A DNA stretch of 64,000 nucleotides from Verrucomicrobiota bacterium (lineage in GTDB: Bacteria > Verrucomicrobiota > Verrucomicrobiia > Limisphaerales > UBA8199): contig JBEKRX010000010.1 of assembly GCA_049518415.1 (NCBI GenBank), positions 14,964-78,963 of the forward strand. The letters run 5' to 3'. The notes beneath the pieces are model-generated. The model saw only the letters and a program-made list of their open reading frames with translations. It was not told the DNA's origin and made no database searches. A program made the translations under genes and the position numbers. Of this stretch, positions 27,978 through 38,098 are shown in pieces. Each line of letters begins with the position of its first letter. The first letter of the stretch is position 1.

Positions 27978-30971
27978 ATGCACCAGAACGAAGCGCAAAT
28001 TAACCCTGGCCCCTTTGCGCTGGCGGCATCCGCCTGGCAGTTCAAATGCACCGGTTGGCCGTGGTGGGTGGTGCTGCCCCTGGCGGCGGCCGGGGTGTGG
28101 GGGATGCTCCGGTTGTATCGACTCGAACTGGCGACTGTAACCCCCAAGGTGCGGCGGCGCCTGCTGCTGCTGCGCGGGGCGGCTTTGGCCTCGCTGGTCC
28201 TGTTCCTGATGGAGCCGACCTTCACCCGCCGGACCACCGAGAAGGTCCTCCCGCTGGTGGCGGTGGTGGTGGACCAATCCGGCTCGATGGCCGTGAAGGA
28301 TGAATTGATGGGACCGGGCGCGAAACTGGCAGAGGCGATCGGCTTGCATTTGCTGCCGGCCAATATCCGGCCCTCGAAAACAAACGCCGCAGCACAAGCC
28401 GCCTCGGACAAAGCCATCTTGGACTCGGCCCGGCAAGGCTCGGCGGTGGCCAGGGGACTGGCGGCGTTGTCCGCCCTCTCCCGCTACGAGCGCGCTGTGA
28501 AACTGGCGCAACAAACCGTGGTCCCGGCCTTGCGCGACCAGGCGCAGCCCAAGGTCTTCGCCATGGATACCGGCCTGGCGCCGCTGGATTTGGCCCGCCC
28601 GGCCACCCTCTTACCCAATCGCGCCACCGACTTCGAGGCCTGCCTGGCAGCCCTCACCCACAACTGGGCGCAGGAATATGTCGGCGGCGTCGTGTTCCTG
28701 TCCGATGGCCGCCAGACCATCGGCGCCGACCCGCTCCCGGTCATTCGTTCGCTCCGCGCCCGGGGCGCGCTCGTGGCCGGCATCCTGGTCGGCGACCCGG
28801 GCGTTCCGCCGGACGCAGTCGTCGCCGAGGTCTCGGGCAGCAGCGAGGTGTTCCTGGGCGAGCAGGTGCCGATGACCGTTCGCTTCCGCATCAACGGGGC
28901 CGACGACCTGGATTGGGACCTGATCGTCACCCATCACGGCCAGGAATTGGCGCGCCGCCCAGTACGCAGCAGCGGCCAGTGGCAGTACGAAACCTTTGCC
29001 TTCGCCGCGACCAACGCCGGCATCAATCTCTACCAGGCGCGCCTGGAATTGGCGCCCCAACAAACCGGCGACGCCCTCTTGTCCCCCTCCGGCTCCGTTA
29101 CCCTTGAGTTGTGGAACAACCTCAGCGGCGCCCAGGTGGCCGACCTCGTCAACAGCCCTGCCTTCAAAAACCCTCCCGCCTCCAAGACCAGCTTCGCCCA
29201 GCTTCAATACAGCAGCCGCGGCGAACAATACGGCGCCCGCCTGCGCGGCTTCCTCATCCCCCCGCAAAGCGGCAATTACACCTTCGGCATCTGTTCCGAC
29301 GACGCCTCGGAATTGTGGCTCAGCCCCTCCGACGACCCCAAGACCAAGGTCAAGGTCGCCTCTGTCTCCGGTTACGTCCCCCAAGGCGCCTGGGACGCCC
29401 AGCCCTCCCAAAAGAGCCGGCCCATCACCCTCCAAGCCAAACAGCCCTACTACTTCGAAACCCTCCACAAACAGGGCAGCGGCGAAGACCACCTGGCGGT
29501 GGGCTGGCAGTTGCCCGATGGCTCGACCGAGCGGCCCATCCCCTCCGCGCGCCTGGCCGCTTATGACGAGCCTACTCTCGCCCGCCTGGCCCAGCGCAAG
29601 CAGCAGGCGGCCCAGGCCAAAACCAACCTCTGGAAAGAAGCCAGCCTCGCCAACAACTCCGCCGAGTTCTCCGTCGCCGTCAACCAGGACCCCATCAAGG
29701 TGCTCCTGGTCGACTCCACCCCGCGCTGGGAAAGCCGTTACCTGGCCGCCTTGTTCGAACGCGACCGCCGCGTCTCCTTCACCCGCCGCTACCACTCCGT
29801 CATCCTCGAAGACAAGAACCTCCGGCTCCTGCCCAAAAACCAGGCCGAATGGGACGCCTGCGACATGGTCTGCCTGGGCGACCTGGACTCCAACGAACTG
29901 CCGCCCGAGCAGCAGCAATACGCGGCCAACTTCGTCGCCCGGCGCGGCGGCTTCCTGGTCTGCCTGGCCGGCCCGCGCGGCCTGCCCAGGGCCTTCAGCC
30001 TCGGCCCCCTGGCCAACCTGCTGCCGGTGCGGCTCTCCTTGCAATCCCGCCGCGAGCCGGAGCCGGTCACCGTGGCCTTGACAGCCGAGGGCGCCGACCA
30101 CCCGATCATGCAGGTCCTCAATGACCCCGCTTACAGCCAGAAGCTCTGGCCCTTGCTCCCGCCCCTGCAATGGATCGCCGATTCCGTCGTCGCCAAGCCC
30201 GGCGCCCTCGTCTTGCTCACCGCCCAGAACCCAGCCAGGACTCCCATCCTGGCCGCCCAGCGTTACGGCGCCGGCCGCCTCTTCTGGGTCGGCACCGACG
30301 AAACCTGGCGCTGGCGCGACCGCCTCGCCGAGCGGGTCCATCAGACCTTCTGGCTCCAGGTCATGCGCTGGGGACTGGCCGGACGCCTCCGCGGCAAAGA
30401 CCCCCGCCTCCAGGTCGGCTTGGACCGCTATCTCATGACCCCGTCCGAAATCGCCGAACTCAAGGCCCGGGCCTCCACCCTCAACGGCCAGCCCGTCACC
30501 CAACCGCCCGTCGTCAAAGTCGAGCAGATCGCCGCCAACGGCCAACCGATCGCCGATTCCGGCAGAGACTTTGAAATGCTGCCCCTGGCCGACGCCCCCG
30601 GCCTCTGGCAACTCTCCCTCAAGGGCTTGGAGGAAGGTTCCTGGCGCATCACCACCACCCATCGGCAGGGCGAACTGAAAGGTTTGATGGAGGTCCGCGA
30701 TTTGCTCGTGCGCAGCCAGAACGCCTTGGAAGGCCTTGACCTGGGTGGCGACCTGCCAGCTTTGACCCGGCTGGCCGCCGCCGGCGGACACCTCGCCGGC
30801 ACCATGGACCAGGCCGACGCCCTCCTCAAAGACTTCGCCTCCAAACTCAAACCCCGCCCCCAGGAGCACCGCCAAACCATTCGCTTCTGGACCAGTTACC
30901 CCGCCCTGCTCCTGGTGGTCGCCCTGCTCAGCGCCGAGTGGGTCCTGAGAAAAAGACAAGGCTTGCCCTGA
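27978..30971 (+). CDS. Large membrane protein: VWA (MIDAS) + PA14 + GATase1-like domains
   Basis: TM helices lie near the N- and C-termini. The MIDAS motif is VVVDQSGSM. The PA14-like segment (about 29100-29560) reads YGARLRGFLIPPQSGNYTFGICSDDASELWLS...YYFETLHKQGSGEDHLAVGWQLPDG. The GATase1-like block is CDMVCLGDLDSNELP...RRGGFLVCLAG. Confidence 0.7.
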   Translation: MHQNEAQINPGPFALAASAWQFKCTGWPWWVVLPLAAAGVWGMLRLYRLELATVTPKVRRRLLLLRGAALASLVLFLMEPTFTRRTTEKVLPLVAVVVDQSGSMAVKDELMGPGAKLAEAIGLHLLPANIRPSKTNAAAQAASDKAILDSARQGSAVARGLAALSALSRYERAVKLAQQTVVPALRDQAQPKVFAMDTGLAPLDLARPATLLPNRATDFEACLAALTHNWAQEYVGGVVFLSDGRQTIGADPLPVIRSLRARGALVAGILVGDPGVPPDAVVAEVSGSSEVFLGEQVPMTVRFRINGADDLDWDLIVTHHGQELARRPVRSSGQWQYETFAFAATNAGINLYQARLELAPQQTGDALLSPSGSVTLELWNNLSGAQVADLVNSPAFKNPPASKTSFAQLQYSSRGEQYGARLRGFLIPPQSGNYTFGICSDDASELWLSPSDDPKTKVKVASVSGYVPQGAWDAQPSQKSRPITLQAKQPYYFETLHKQGSGEDHLAVGWQLPDGSTERPIPSARLAAYDEPTLARLAQRKQQAAQAKTNLWKEASLANNSAEFSVAVNQDPIKVLLVDSTPRWESRYLAALFERDRRVSFTRRYHSVILEDKNLRLLPKNQAEWDACDMVCLGDLDSNELPPEQQQYAANFVARRGGFLVCLAGPRGLPRAFSLGPLANLLPVRLSLQSRREPEPVTVALTAEGADHPIMQVLNDPAYSQKLWPLLPPLQWIADSVVAKPGALVLLTAQNPARTPILAAQRYGAGRLFWVGTDETWRWRDRLAERVHQTFWLQVMRWGLAGRLRGKDPRLQVGLDRYLMTPSEIAELKARASTLNGQPVTQPPVVKVEQIAANGQPIADSGRDFEMLPLADAPGLWQLSLKGLEEGSWRITTTHRQGELKGLMEVRDLLVRSQNALEGLDLGGDLPALTRLAAAGGHLAGTMDQADALLKDFASKLKPRPQEHRQTIRFWTSYPALLLVVALLSAEWVLRKRQGLP

Positions 30972-31289
30972 AGACTACCCTTCAGACTCTAACTCTCACC
31001 TCAAATCCAAAAGCCGCGCTTTGTCTCGCCCTTGCAGGGCAGTGAGGTTTGTTGGGCCCATGACCTGGGGCTCGGCGCGGTGCGCCTCACCCCAGGCTCT
31101 TACATCGGGGGCTTTCAGCCCTCAGGCGAGCGCATTCTATGCATCGGCCGCCGCGCAGGTGCGGCCATGCCGGTTTGGCTCGAGGCCGGAAACAATCTCT
31201 CCACCAGGATCTGCCCGACTCGCACGCGCTGCGGAGGCTTGCCTCGGGACGCCTTCACTGCTTATCTTCGGCGCCGTCGAAGCGAATTT

Positions 31290-33650
31290 ATGACCTCGAA
31301 AAGCTTGATGCCGAATTCCTGGCTGGGCACGTGCGCGGCTTTGGCGTTCCTGACTCCCGCCGGCAGGGCGGATTCTCTCCAGCTCAGCGACCCCAAGCTC
31401 AAGGTGCGCGACCAGGCGCCGCTGGCGGCGGAGGCGTTCGACCTGCGCCAGGTCCGCCTGGGGGAGGGTCCCTTCCTCCACGCCCAGGAGTTGGACCGGC
31501 AGTATCTCCTGTCGCTGGACGTGGCTCGTTTGCTGCACAATTTCCGGGTCAACGCCGGCCTGCCCTCCTCGGCCCAGCCGCTCGGCGGCTGGGAAGAGCC
31601 CCGGTGCGAATTGCGCGGGCATTTTGTCGGGCATTACCTGAGCGCCTGTGCCCTGATGTACGCCAGCACCGCCGATGAGCGGCTCAAGCGCAAAGGCGAC
31701 GCCGTCGTGGCCGGCCTGGCCGAGTGCCAGGCGAAATTCCCCAGCGGCTACCTGAGCGCGTTCCCGGAGACTTTTTTTGACCGCGTCGAGGCCCGGCAGA
31801 ACGTCTGGGCGCCTTACTACACGCTGCACAAGCTCTATGCCGGCCTGCTCGACATGTACGTCTATTGTGACAACCGGCAGGCCCTGGAGGTGTGCCGGAA
31901 ATACGGCGACTGGGTCGGCGCGCGCAACGACCGGCTGTCGGATGAGCAGATGCAGGCGATGCTGGGCAATGAACACGGCGGGATGAACGAGGCCCTGGCC
32001 GCCTTGTACGCCCTGACCGGCGAGGAGAAGTATTTGAAAATCTCCCTGCGCTTCAACCACCAGGCGGTGCTCGGCCCGGCCGCTCAGCGGCTCGACAAGC
32101 TGACCGGCCTGCACGCCAACACGCAAATCCCCAAATTCGTCGGCGCGGCTCTCCAATACGAGTTGACCGCCGACCAGTCGCTCCAAACAGCCTGCCGGTT
32201 TTTCTGGGATACGGTCGTCAAAGAGCGTTCCTACGTGATCGGCGGGCACAGCGACGGCGAGCATTTTTCGCCCAAGGAACGGCTCTCCACGGCCCTAGGC
32301 CCGAACACCACCGAGACCTGCAACACTTACAACATGCTCAAGCTCACCAGGCACCTGTTCTGCTGGGACCCACAGGTCGAGTACGCCGATTACTACGAGC
32401 GCGCGCTCTTCAACCACATCCTGGCGTCCCAGGACCCCGCCAGCGGCATGATGTGCTATTACGTGCCGCTGCGCTCCGGCTCCCGCAAGGACTACTGCAC
32501 CCCCAATGACTCGTTTTGGTGCTGCACCGGGACGGGCGTGGAGAACCACGCCAAGTACGGCGACTCCATCTACTTCCACGCGGGCGATGCCACCCTCTAT
32601 GTGAACCTGTTCATCGCCTCCGAGTTGGATTGGCAGGCCCGCGGCCTCAAACTGCGTCAGGAGACGGCTTTTCCGAACGAGGGCCGGACGCGGCTGGTGT
32701 TCGAGTGCGCCAAAGCGGTGGAACTCGAGGTGAAGCTCCGCCGGCCCGCCTGGGCGGCGACCGCCTTCGCCGTGGCCCTCAACGGGCAGCCGCTCCAGCT
32801 CGCCGGCGGTCCCGGTTCCTGGGTCAGCCTGCGACGCGCCTGGCAGAGCGGCGACGCCCTCGCCGTGACCATGCCTTTCAGCCTCCGCCTCGAGGGGTTC
32901 GCCGATAATCCCGACCGGTTCGCCTTCCTCAACGGCCCGCTGGTGCTCTGCGCCCAGGTCGACAGCGCCAAACCATTCCCGGCGGTGGTCGCGGCGCGCG
33001 ACCAGGCGGCCAAGGCCCTGGCGCCCGCCGCCAGGCCAAACACCTTCACCGGGCCGGCCGCGATCTTCCGCGCCCCCGGCGGCCCGGGAGCGGACCTTGC
33101 CCTGGAGCCCTTCTACGCGATGCACGGCGACCGCCATTACGTGGTCTATTTCGACCGCTTTACCCCGGCCCAATGGCAGGACAAGGAGGCGGAGTATGCC
33201 GCCGCATTGGCCCGGCAGCGCGAACTCTGGGCGCGCACTGTGGACTTCGTGGTGCCCGACCGCGAGCAGAGCGAGCGCGACCACCAGATGCACGGCGAGC
33301 GAACCGAGGCGGGCGATCTCAGTGACCAGAAATGGCGTCACGCGACCGGGGGCGGCTGGTTCTCCTGGCAAATGAAGGTGCTGCCCGACCAGGCCCAGGA
33401 ACTGTCCGTCACCTACTGGGGCAGCGATGGTGGGGACCGCGTGTTCGACGTGCTCGTGGACGACCAGAAGATTGCCACCCAGAGACTCCAGGACAACCAG
33501 CCCGGCAAGTTCTTCGACCAGGTTTATCCCATCCCCGCCGAACTCCTCAAGGGCAAGAGCCGGGTGACGGTCAAATTCCAGGCCCACCAAGGGGCCTGGG
33601 CCGGCGGCGTCTTTGGCGCGCGGCTGCTCAAAGCCGCCCAGGCCAAATAG
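31290..33650 (+). CDS. GH127-family (DUF1680, beta-L-arabinofuranosidase-like) glycoside hydrolase
   Basis: The start was re-picked at ATG 31290 (a signal-like MTSKSLMPNSWLGTCAALAFLTPAGRA). The motifs are GHFVGHYLSA, YYTLHKLYAGLLD, NEHGGMNE, GGHSDGEHF, ETCNTYNMLKL and FWCCTGTGVENHAKY. Confidence 0.75.
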   Translation: MTSKSLMPNSWLGTCAALAFLTPAGRADSLQLSDPKLKVRDQAPLAAEAFDLRQVRLGEGPFLHAQELDRQYLLSLDVARLLHNFRVNAGLPSSAQPLGGWEEPRCELRGHFVGHYLSACALMYASTADERLKRKGDAVVAGLAECQAKFPSGYLSAFPETFFDRVEARQNVWAPYYTLHKLYAGLLDMYVYCDNRQALEVCRKYGDWVGARNDRLSDEQMQAMLGNEHGGMNEALAALYALTGEEKYLKISLRFNHQAVLGPAAQRLDKLTGLHANTQIPKFVGAALQYELTADQSLQTACRFFWDTVVKERSYVIGGHSDGEHFSPKERLSTALGPNTTETCNTYNMLKLTRHLFCWDPQVEYADYYERALFNHILASQDPASGMMCYYVPLRSGSRKDYCTPNDSFWCCTGTGVENHAKYGDSIYFHAGDATLYVNLFIASELDWQARGLKLRQETAFPNEGRTRLVFECAKAVELEVKLRRPAWAATAFAVALNGQPLQLAGGPGSWVSLRRAWQSGDALAVTMPFSLRLEGFADNPDRFAFLNGPLVLCAQVDSAKPFPAVVAARDQAAKALAPAARPNTFTGPAAIFRAPGGPGADLALEPFYAMHGDRHYVVYFDRFTPAQWQDKEAEYAAALARQRELWARTVDFVVPDREQSERDHQMHGERTEAGDLSDQKWRHATGGGWFSWQMKVLPDQAQELSVTYWGSDGGDRVFDVLVDDQKIATQRLQDNQPGKFFDQVYPIPAELLKGKSRVTVKFQAHQGAWAGGVFGARLLKAAQAK

Positions 33651-33800
33651 AACGAGCCAAAATTCCTCCGCACCCTGAAGCGACCGTCTGGGCTCCGGCC
33701 CATTCGCCAGCCGTTCAGCAAGATGGAGACGCCTGGCCCTTAGCGCCCGTGCAAGAACAACTTCGGTGCTTTGGGCGTAATTCTAACAAACTGCCTTCGC

Positions 33801-33894
33801 TTGGCGTCCAGAGCGTGGAGCGTCGGAGCGTAGAGCGTGAGGGCATCGGAGCACTTGCCACGCTCCACGCTCTCACGCTTCACGCTCCACCCAA
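33801..33894. repeat. Inverted array of GAGCGT(G/A)-type heptamer repeats between convergent genes
   Basis: The left arm gagcgtggagcgt (33811-33823) is the exact reverse complement of acgctccacgctc (33860-33872). Further gagcgt/acgctc units on both arms allow alternative registers. The outer ttgg...ccaa close the structure. Confidence 0.55.
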
Positions 33895-33930
33895 GCAGCC
33901 AGATCTCGGAATTTATTTTTGCACGAGCCC

Positions 33931-34788
33931 TTAGCGATGCACCGTAGCGTTGCGAGCCATCCAGGAAACGTCCATCCAGGAATCCCCGGCCGCCACGTCC
34001 AACGTCAAATAGTCATTGTAGTGAACTGGCGCCTTGATCTTCGATCCCATCCATTTATGGATTTCGGAGTGGCCATCACAAAAAGAAAATCCACAAGCGC
34101 CGTTGTGGTAACTGGCCGGAAAATCAACAATATACGCGGTGCTCTGTTTGTCCGCACCATCGGATTGGGTGGCAAAGGCGGCGTCGTTAATGCTGTCCGG
34201 GTGTTCATCCACCAGGAGAAACGTCTTGGCCGGCAGGACGATCGTTGAGCCCTTGTCATAAATCTGCCAGTTCGCCGACGTGAGCCAATCGCCAAAGCCG
34301 AAGACCTGGCTCATGGAATTGCTGCGGACGCGCGGCCAGGTCCGCCCGGCGACTACCACGGTGGCCCGGTCTGCTGGGCACTTGTAAATCGCAGCACTCT
34401 TGCCCGTGTAGGGCCACAGCGGACTCTGGGTGATATCGTGGTTGATGTCCCAGTTGACGGGGTCGCTCGTGTAAGTCAGCCAGCCGCTGATCCAGTTGGG
34501 CCGCCCCTTGGGCAGCCCGTCCTGGCAGCCCACCAACTTGTCGGCGTAATCATCCGCGTACGCGCGCCACGCCAGGGTGAGTTGTCTGGTGTTATTCATG
34601 CACGAAATCCCCTGCCCTTTGGTTTTGGCCTTGCCTAGGACCGGCAGCAGCATCGCCGCCAGGATGGCGATTATCGCGATGACAACCAGCAACTCAATCA
34701 GAGTAAACCCCTGGCGAGCTTCGAGCTTGAACCTGGGCTGAACCGATCCTCTTTCCGGACGAGCATGAAATGTTGTGTTCATTCGCAT
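33931..34788 (-). CDS. Prepilin-type N-terminal cleavage/methylation domain protein (type II secretion pseudopilin-like, DUF1559-type)
   Basis: GFTLIELLVVIAIIAILAAMLLPVLGKAKTKGQGISCMNNTRQL is the class-III signal/methylation motif. The C-terminal HNGACGFSFCDGHSE resembles the H-x9-DG region. Confidence 0.85.
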   Translation of the reverse strand: MRMNTTFHARPERGSVQPRFKLEARQGFTLIELLVVIAIIAILAAMLLPVLGKAKTKGQGISCMNNTRQLTLAWRAYADDYADKLVGCQDGLPKGRPNWISGWLTYTSDPVNWDINHDITQSPLWPYTGKSAAIYKCPADRATVVVAGRTWPRVRSNSMSQVFGFGDWLTSANWQIYDKGSTIVLPAKTFLLVDEHPDSINDAAFATQSDGADKQSTAYIVDFPASYHNGACGFSFCDGHSEIHKWMGSKIKAPVHYNDYLTLDVAAGDSWMDVSWMARNATVHR

Positions 34789-35073
34789 AAAGTCATGGCC
34801 CCGAGGGCGCCTCAGAACCGAGCCGCCACGGACCTGCCCACACGCTTGGACACAAAAGGCAGCGGCCCTGTTCTGGGTGTGCTTTAAGCATTATTAGCCC
34901 CGCCTGCCCGGAAAGTCAAGCGCCGCTGCTCCCGGCCCCGGCCCTGCCGGCGTCCAGGATTTGCCCCCACTGTCACGGGGCTGGGCGGCAGGGGAGAGGA
35001 AAAAGCCGCTCCCTTGTCCTGGAGCGGCTGGGTTTTGGCCGGCACTTGCCGGAACGCGTCCGAGGAGCGCCGT

Positions 35074-37836
35074 TTACTTCTTCTTGGCTGACTTCCTGGC
35101 CTTCTGGTCCTGGAGGGCGGCGTGCGCTGCGGCCAAGCGGGCGATGGGCACCCGGAAGGGCGAGCAAGAAACGTAGTTCATGCCTGCGCGATGGCAGAAC
35201 TTCACGCTCTCGGCATCGCCACCGTGCTCACCGCAGATGCCGACCTTAAGGTTGGGGCGGGTCCGGCGGCCACGCTCGATGCCGAGCTTGATCAATTCGC
35301 CAATGCCCTCCTGGTCGAGGGTGCCAAAGGGATCATCGGGCAGAATCTTGGCGGCGAGGTAATCGGGCAGGAAGGTGCCGATGTCGTCCCGGCTAAAGCC
35401 GAAGCCCATCTGGGTGAGGTCGTTGGTGCCGAAGCTGAAGAACTCGGCGGTTTCGGCCATCCGGTCGGCCTGGAGGGCGGCGCGCGGGATTTCGATCATG
35501 GTCCCATACAGGCAAGGCAGCCGCTTGAGACCGAACTTGGCCTTGGTTTCGGCCAGCACCTTGTCGAAGATCACCTTCTGGTGGTCCAGTTCGTTCCGGC
35601 AGCAGGTCACCGGGATCATGATTTCGGGTTCGGCCTTCTGGCCGGCCTTGAGCAACTCCGCCGCGGCCTCCAGGATGGCGCGGACCTGCATCTCCGTGAC
35701 CTCCGGATATGTTATGCCCAGGCGGACGCCGCGATGACCAAGCATCGGGTTGTTTTCGTGCAGGTTCTCCGCCCGCTGGTGAAGCTCGGCCATGTCCACG
35801 CCCAAGGCCTGGCCGAGGGCTTGGAGTTTGTCTTCGCTGTGGGGCACGAATTCGTGCAGGGGCGGGTCCAGCAGCCGGATGGTGACCGGGCGGCCACCCA
35901 TGATCTCGAGCGTGGCCTTGACGTCCTTCTTGACGAACGGGAACAGCTCGTCGAGGGCCTGGCGGCGCTCGGCCAGCGACTTGCTCATGATCATCTTGCG
36001 CAGGAAGAACAACGGCTGGTCGCTGCCTTCCCCGTAGAACATGTGCTCGGTGCGGAACAGGCCGATGCCTTCGGCGCCAAAGGCCATCGCTTGCGCGGCG
36101 TCCTTGGGCGTGTCCGCGTTGGTGCGAATCTTCAGCGCGCGCGCCTTGTCCACTAGCTTCATGAGGTCCAGGTAGCACTGGTTATGTTCAATGTCCACGT
36201 CCACCAGCGGCAGGCTGCCCGCATAGACCAGGCCCTTGGTCCCGTTGATGCTGATCCAATCGCCTTCCTTGACCACCGCCCCCTTCTTGGTGGTAAAAGA
36301 CTTGGCGTCCGCGGCCATTTCAAGGTCGGCACAGCCGACGACGCAGCACTTGCCCCAGCCGCGGGCGACCAGCGCCGCGTGGGAGGTCATGCCGCCCTTG
36401 CTCGTCAGGATAGCCTGCGACTTATGCATGCCGTCCACGTCCTCCGGCGAGGTCTCTTCGCGGACCATGACGACCTTTTGGCCCTGGGCGGCCCAGGCGA
36501 CGGCGTCCGCCGAGGTGAACACGACGCGGCCCTTGGCGCCGCCGGGACCGGCGGGCAGACCCTTGGCTATGGGCGCGGTGGTCAGTTCGGCCTTGGGGTC
36601 GAGCATGGGCAGGAGCAGTTCGACGAGCTGGTTAGGCTTGACGCGCAGCACGGCGGTATGGGCGTCAATCAGCCGTGCCTTGTACATGTCGACCGCCATG
36701 CGGACCGCCGCCGCGCCATTACGTTTGCCGGCACGGGTCTGGAGCATGTAGAGCTTGCCCCGTTCAATGGTGAACTCAAGGTCCTGCATGTCCTTGTAGT
36801 GGCGCTCCAGGCGACTACGGGTGCTGGTGAGTTGCCTGTACGCCGCGGGCATGCTCTCTTCCAGGGTCGCCAGGTGCTCGCTCTGGGGGTTCTTGGAGTA
36901 CTGGTTGATCGGCGCGGGCGTGCGAATGCCGGCCACCACATCCTCGCCTTGCGCGTTGATCAGATACTCGCCATAGAAGGCGTTTTCGCCGTTGCCGGGG
37001 TTGCGCGTGAACGCCACGCCGGTCGCGCTGTCGTTGCCCATGTTCCCGAACACCATGGACTGGACGTTCACGGCAGTGCCCCACGCGTCCGGCAGCCCTT
37101 CGATGCGGCGATAGGTGACCGCCCGTTTCCCGTACCAACTCTTGAAGACAGCCGCAATGCCGCCCCACAATTGTTCCATCGGGTCGTCCGGAAAGGGCTT
37201 CCCCAACGCAACCCCAATGATCCGCTTGAACTCCCCAATCAAGCCCTTCAGATCGTCCACGTTGAGCTCGGTGTCATTCTTGCAGCCCTTTTGGCGCTTC
37301 ATCCCATCCAGCGCCTCATCCAGCATCTTGCGGATGCCTTTGCCGGAGCTCTGTTCTATCCCTTCGGCCTTTTCCATCACCACATCCGAGTACATCATGA
37401 TCAGACGCCTGTAGGCATCATAGGCGAATCGCGCATCGCCCGCCTTGCGCGCCAGTCCTTCCACCGAGGTGCTGGTCAGTCCCACGTTCAGAACCGTCTC
37501 CATCATCCCCGGCATGGACAGCACCGCCCCGGAACGCACCGAAACCAGCAGCGGATCCTCAGCATCCCCAAATTTGCGGCCCAAGGCCTGTTCCACTTTC
37601 CGCAGGTGCCGCTCCACTTCACTGCGCACGTAGTCGGGCAGTTTTCCTTTGTGCTGGTAAAAAAGGGCGCATACTTCCGTGCTGATTACGAAGCCCGGCG
37701 GAACCGGCAGGCCAATGGCCCACATCTCCGAAAGCTGTACTCCTTTGTTGCCGAGTAATTCCGCGTTCTTCTGACTATACCGCAATTCGCCGAAGTCATA
37801 CACGTAACGTTTTGCGGGGGATTTGGATTTGGTCAT
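35074..37836 (-). CDS. ppdK: Pyruvate, phosphate dikinase
   Basis: 920 aa. The motifs are LLGNKGVQLSEM, the phosphohistidine loop TSKGGMTSHAALVARGWGK, GIGLFRTEHMF, and the PEP-utilising C-terminus FFSFGTNDLTQMGFGFSRDD and YVSCSPFRVPIARLAAA. Confidence 0.95.
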   Translation of the reverse strand: MTKSKSPAKRYVYDFGELRYSQKNAELLGNKGVQLSEMWAIGLPVPPGFVISTEVCALFYQHKGKLPDYVRSEVERHLRKVEQALGRKFGDAEDPLLVSVRSGAVLSMPGMMETVLNVGLTSTSVEGLARKAGDARFAYDAYRRLIMMYSDVVMEKAEGIEQSSGKGIRKMLDEALDGMKRQKGCKNDTELNVDDLKGLIGEFKRIIGVALGKPFPDDPMEQLWGGIAAVFKSWYGKRAVTYRRIEGLPDAWGTAVNVQSMVFGNMGNDSATGVAFTRNPGNGENAFYGEYLINAQGEDVVAGIRTPAPINQYSKNPQSEHLATLEESMPAAYRQLTSTRSRLERHYKDMQDLEFTIERGKLYMLQTRAGKRNGAAAVRMAVDMYKARLIDAHTAVLRVKPNQLVELLLPMLDPKAELTTAPIAKGLPAGPGGAKGRVVFTSADAVAWAAQGQKVVMVREETSPEDVDGMHKSQAILTSKGGMTSHAALVARGWGKCCVVGCADLEMAADAKSFTTKKGAVVKEGDWISINGTKGLVYAGSLPLVDVDIEHNQCYLDLMKLVDKARALKIRTNADTPKDAAQAMAFGAEGIGLFRTEHMFYGEGSDQPLFFLRKMIMSKSLAERRQALDELFPFVKKDVKATLEIMGGRPVTIRLLDPPLHEFVPHSEDKLQALGQALGVDMAELHQRAENLHENNPMLGHRGVRLGITYPEVTEMQVRAILEAAAELLKAGQKAEPEIMIPVTCCRNELDHQKVIFDKVLAETKAKFGLKRLPCLYGTMIEIPRAALQADRMAETAEFFSFGTNDLTQMGFGFSRDDIGTFLPDYLAAKILPDDPFGTLDQEGIGELIKLGIERGRRTRPNLKVGICGEHGGDAESVKFCHRAGMNYVSCSPFRVPIARLAAAHAALQDQKARKSAKKK

Positions 37837-38098
37837 ACTCTTTGCTTTTTTGTCAATTTTTCGCTAAATCAGGTTCCGCCGGATATAAGGTCCTCAGAAA
37901 CAGTGCGCCGAATCTAACAAAGGCAGCCGGGGTGTCAACCGGCGAGTGGGCCCATCCAGGCCTATGGCCGGCCCTTTTCAAGCCCGCTGGCTCTGCCCTG
38001 GTCGGGCGAATCCCGACGGGGCAAGGCCCGGATTTGCCAGCCAGGGGAATCTGCGCCATGATTAAGCGGGACTTTGCTCCCAGTGCGGAGTGTGATTT

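Noticed and set aside
25689-30959. Two very long minus-strand ORFs (941 aa and 782 aa) opposite the BatA-like and VWA-PA14 genes.
   Set aside because: Same artefact as above. The + strand products have TM helices and MIDAS, PA14 and GATase1-like motifs and are translationally coupled to moxR/DUF58.
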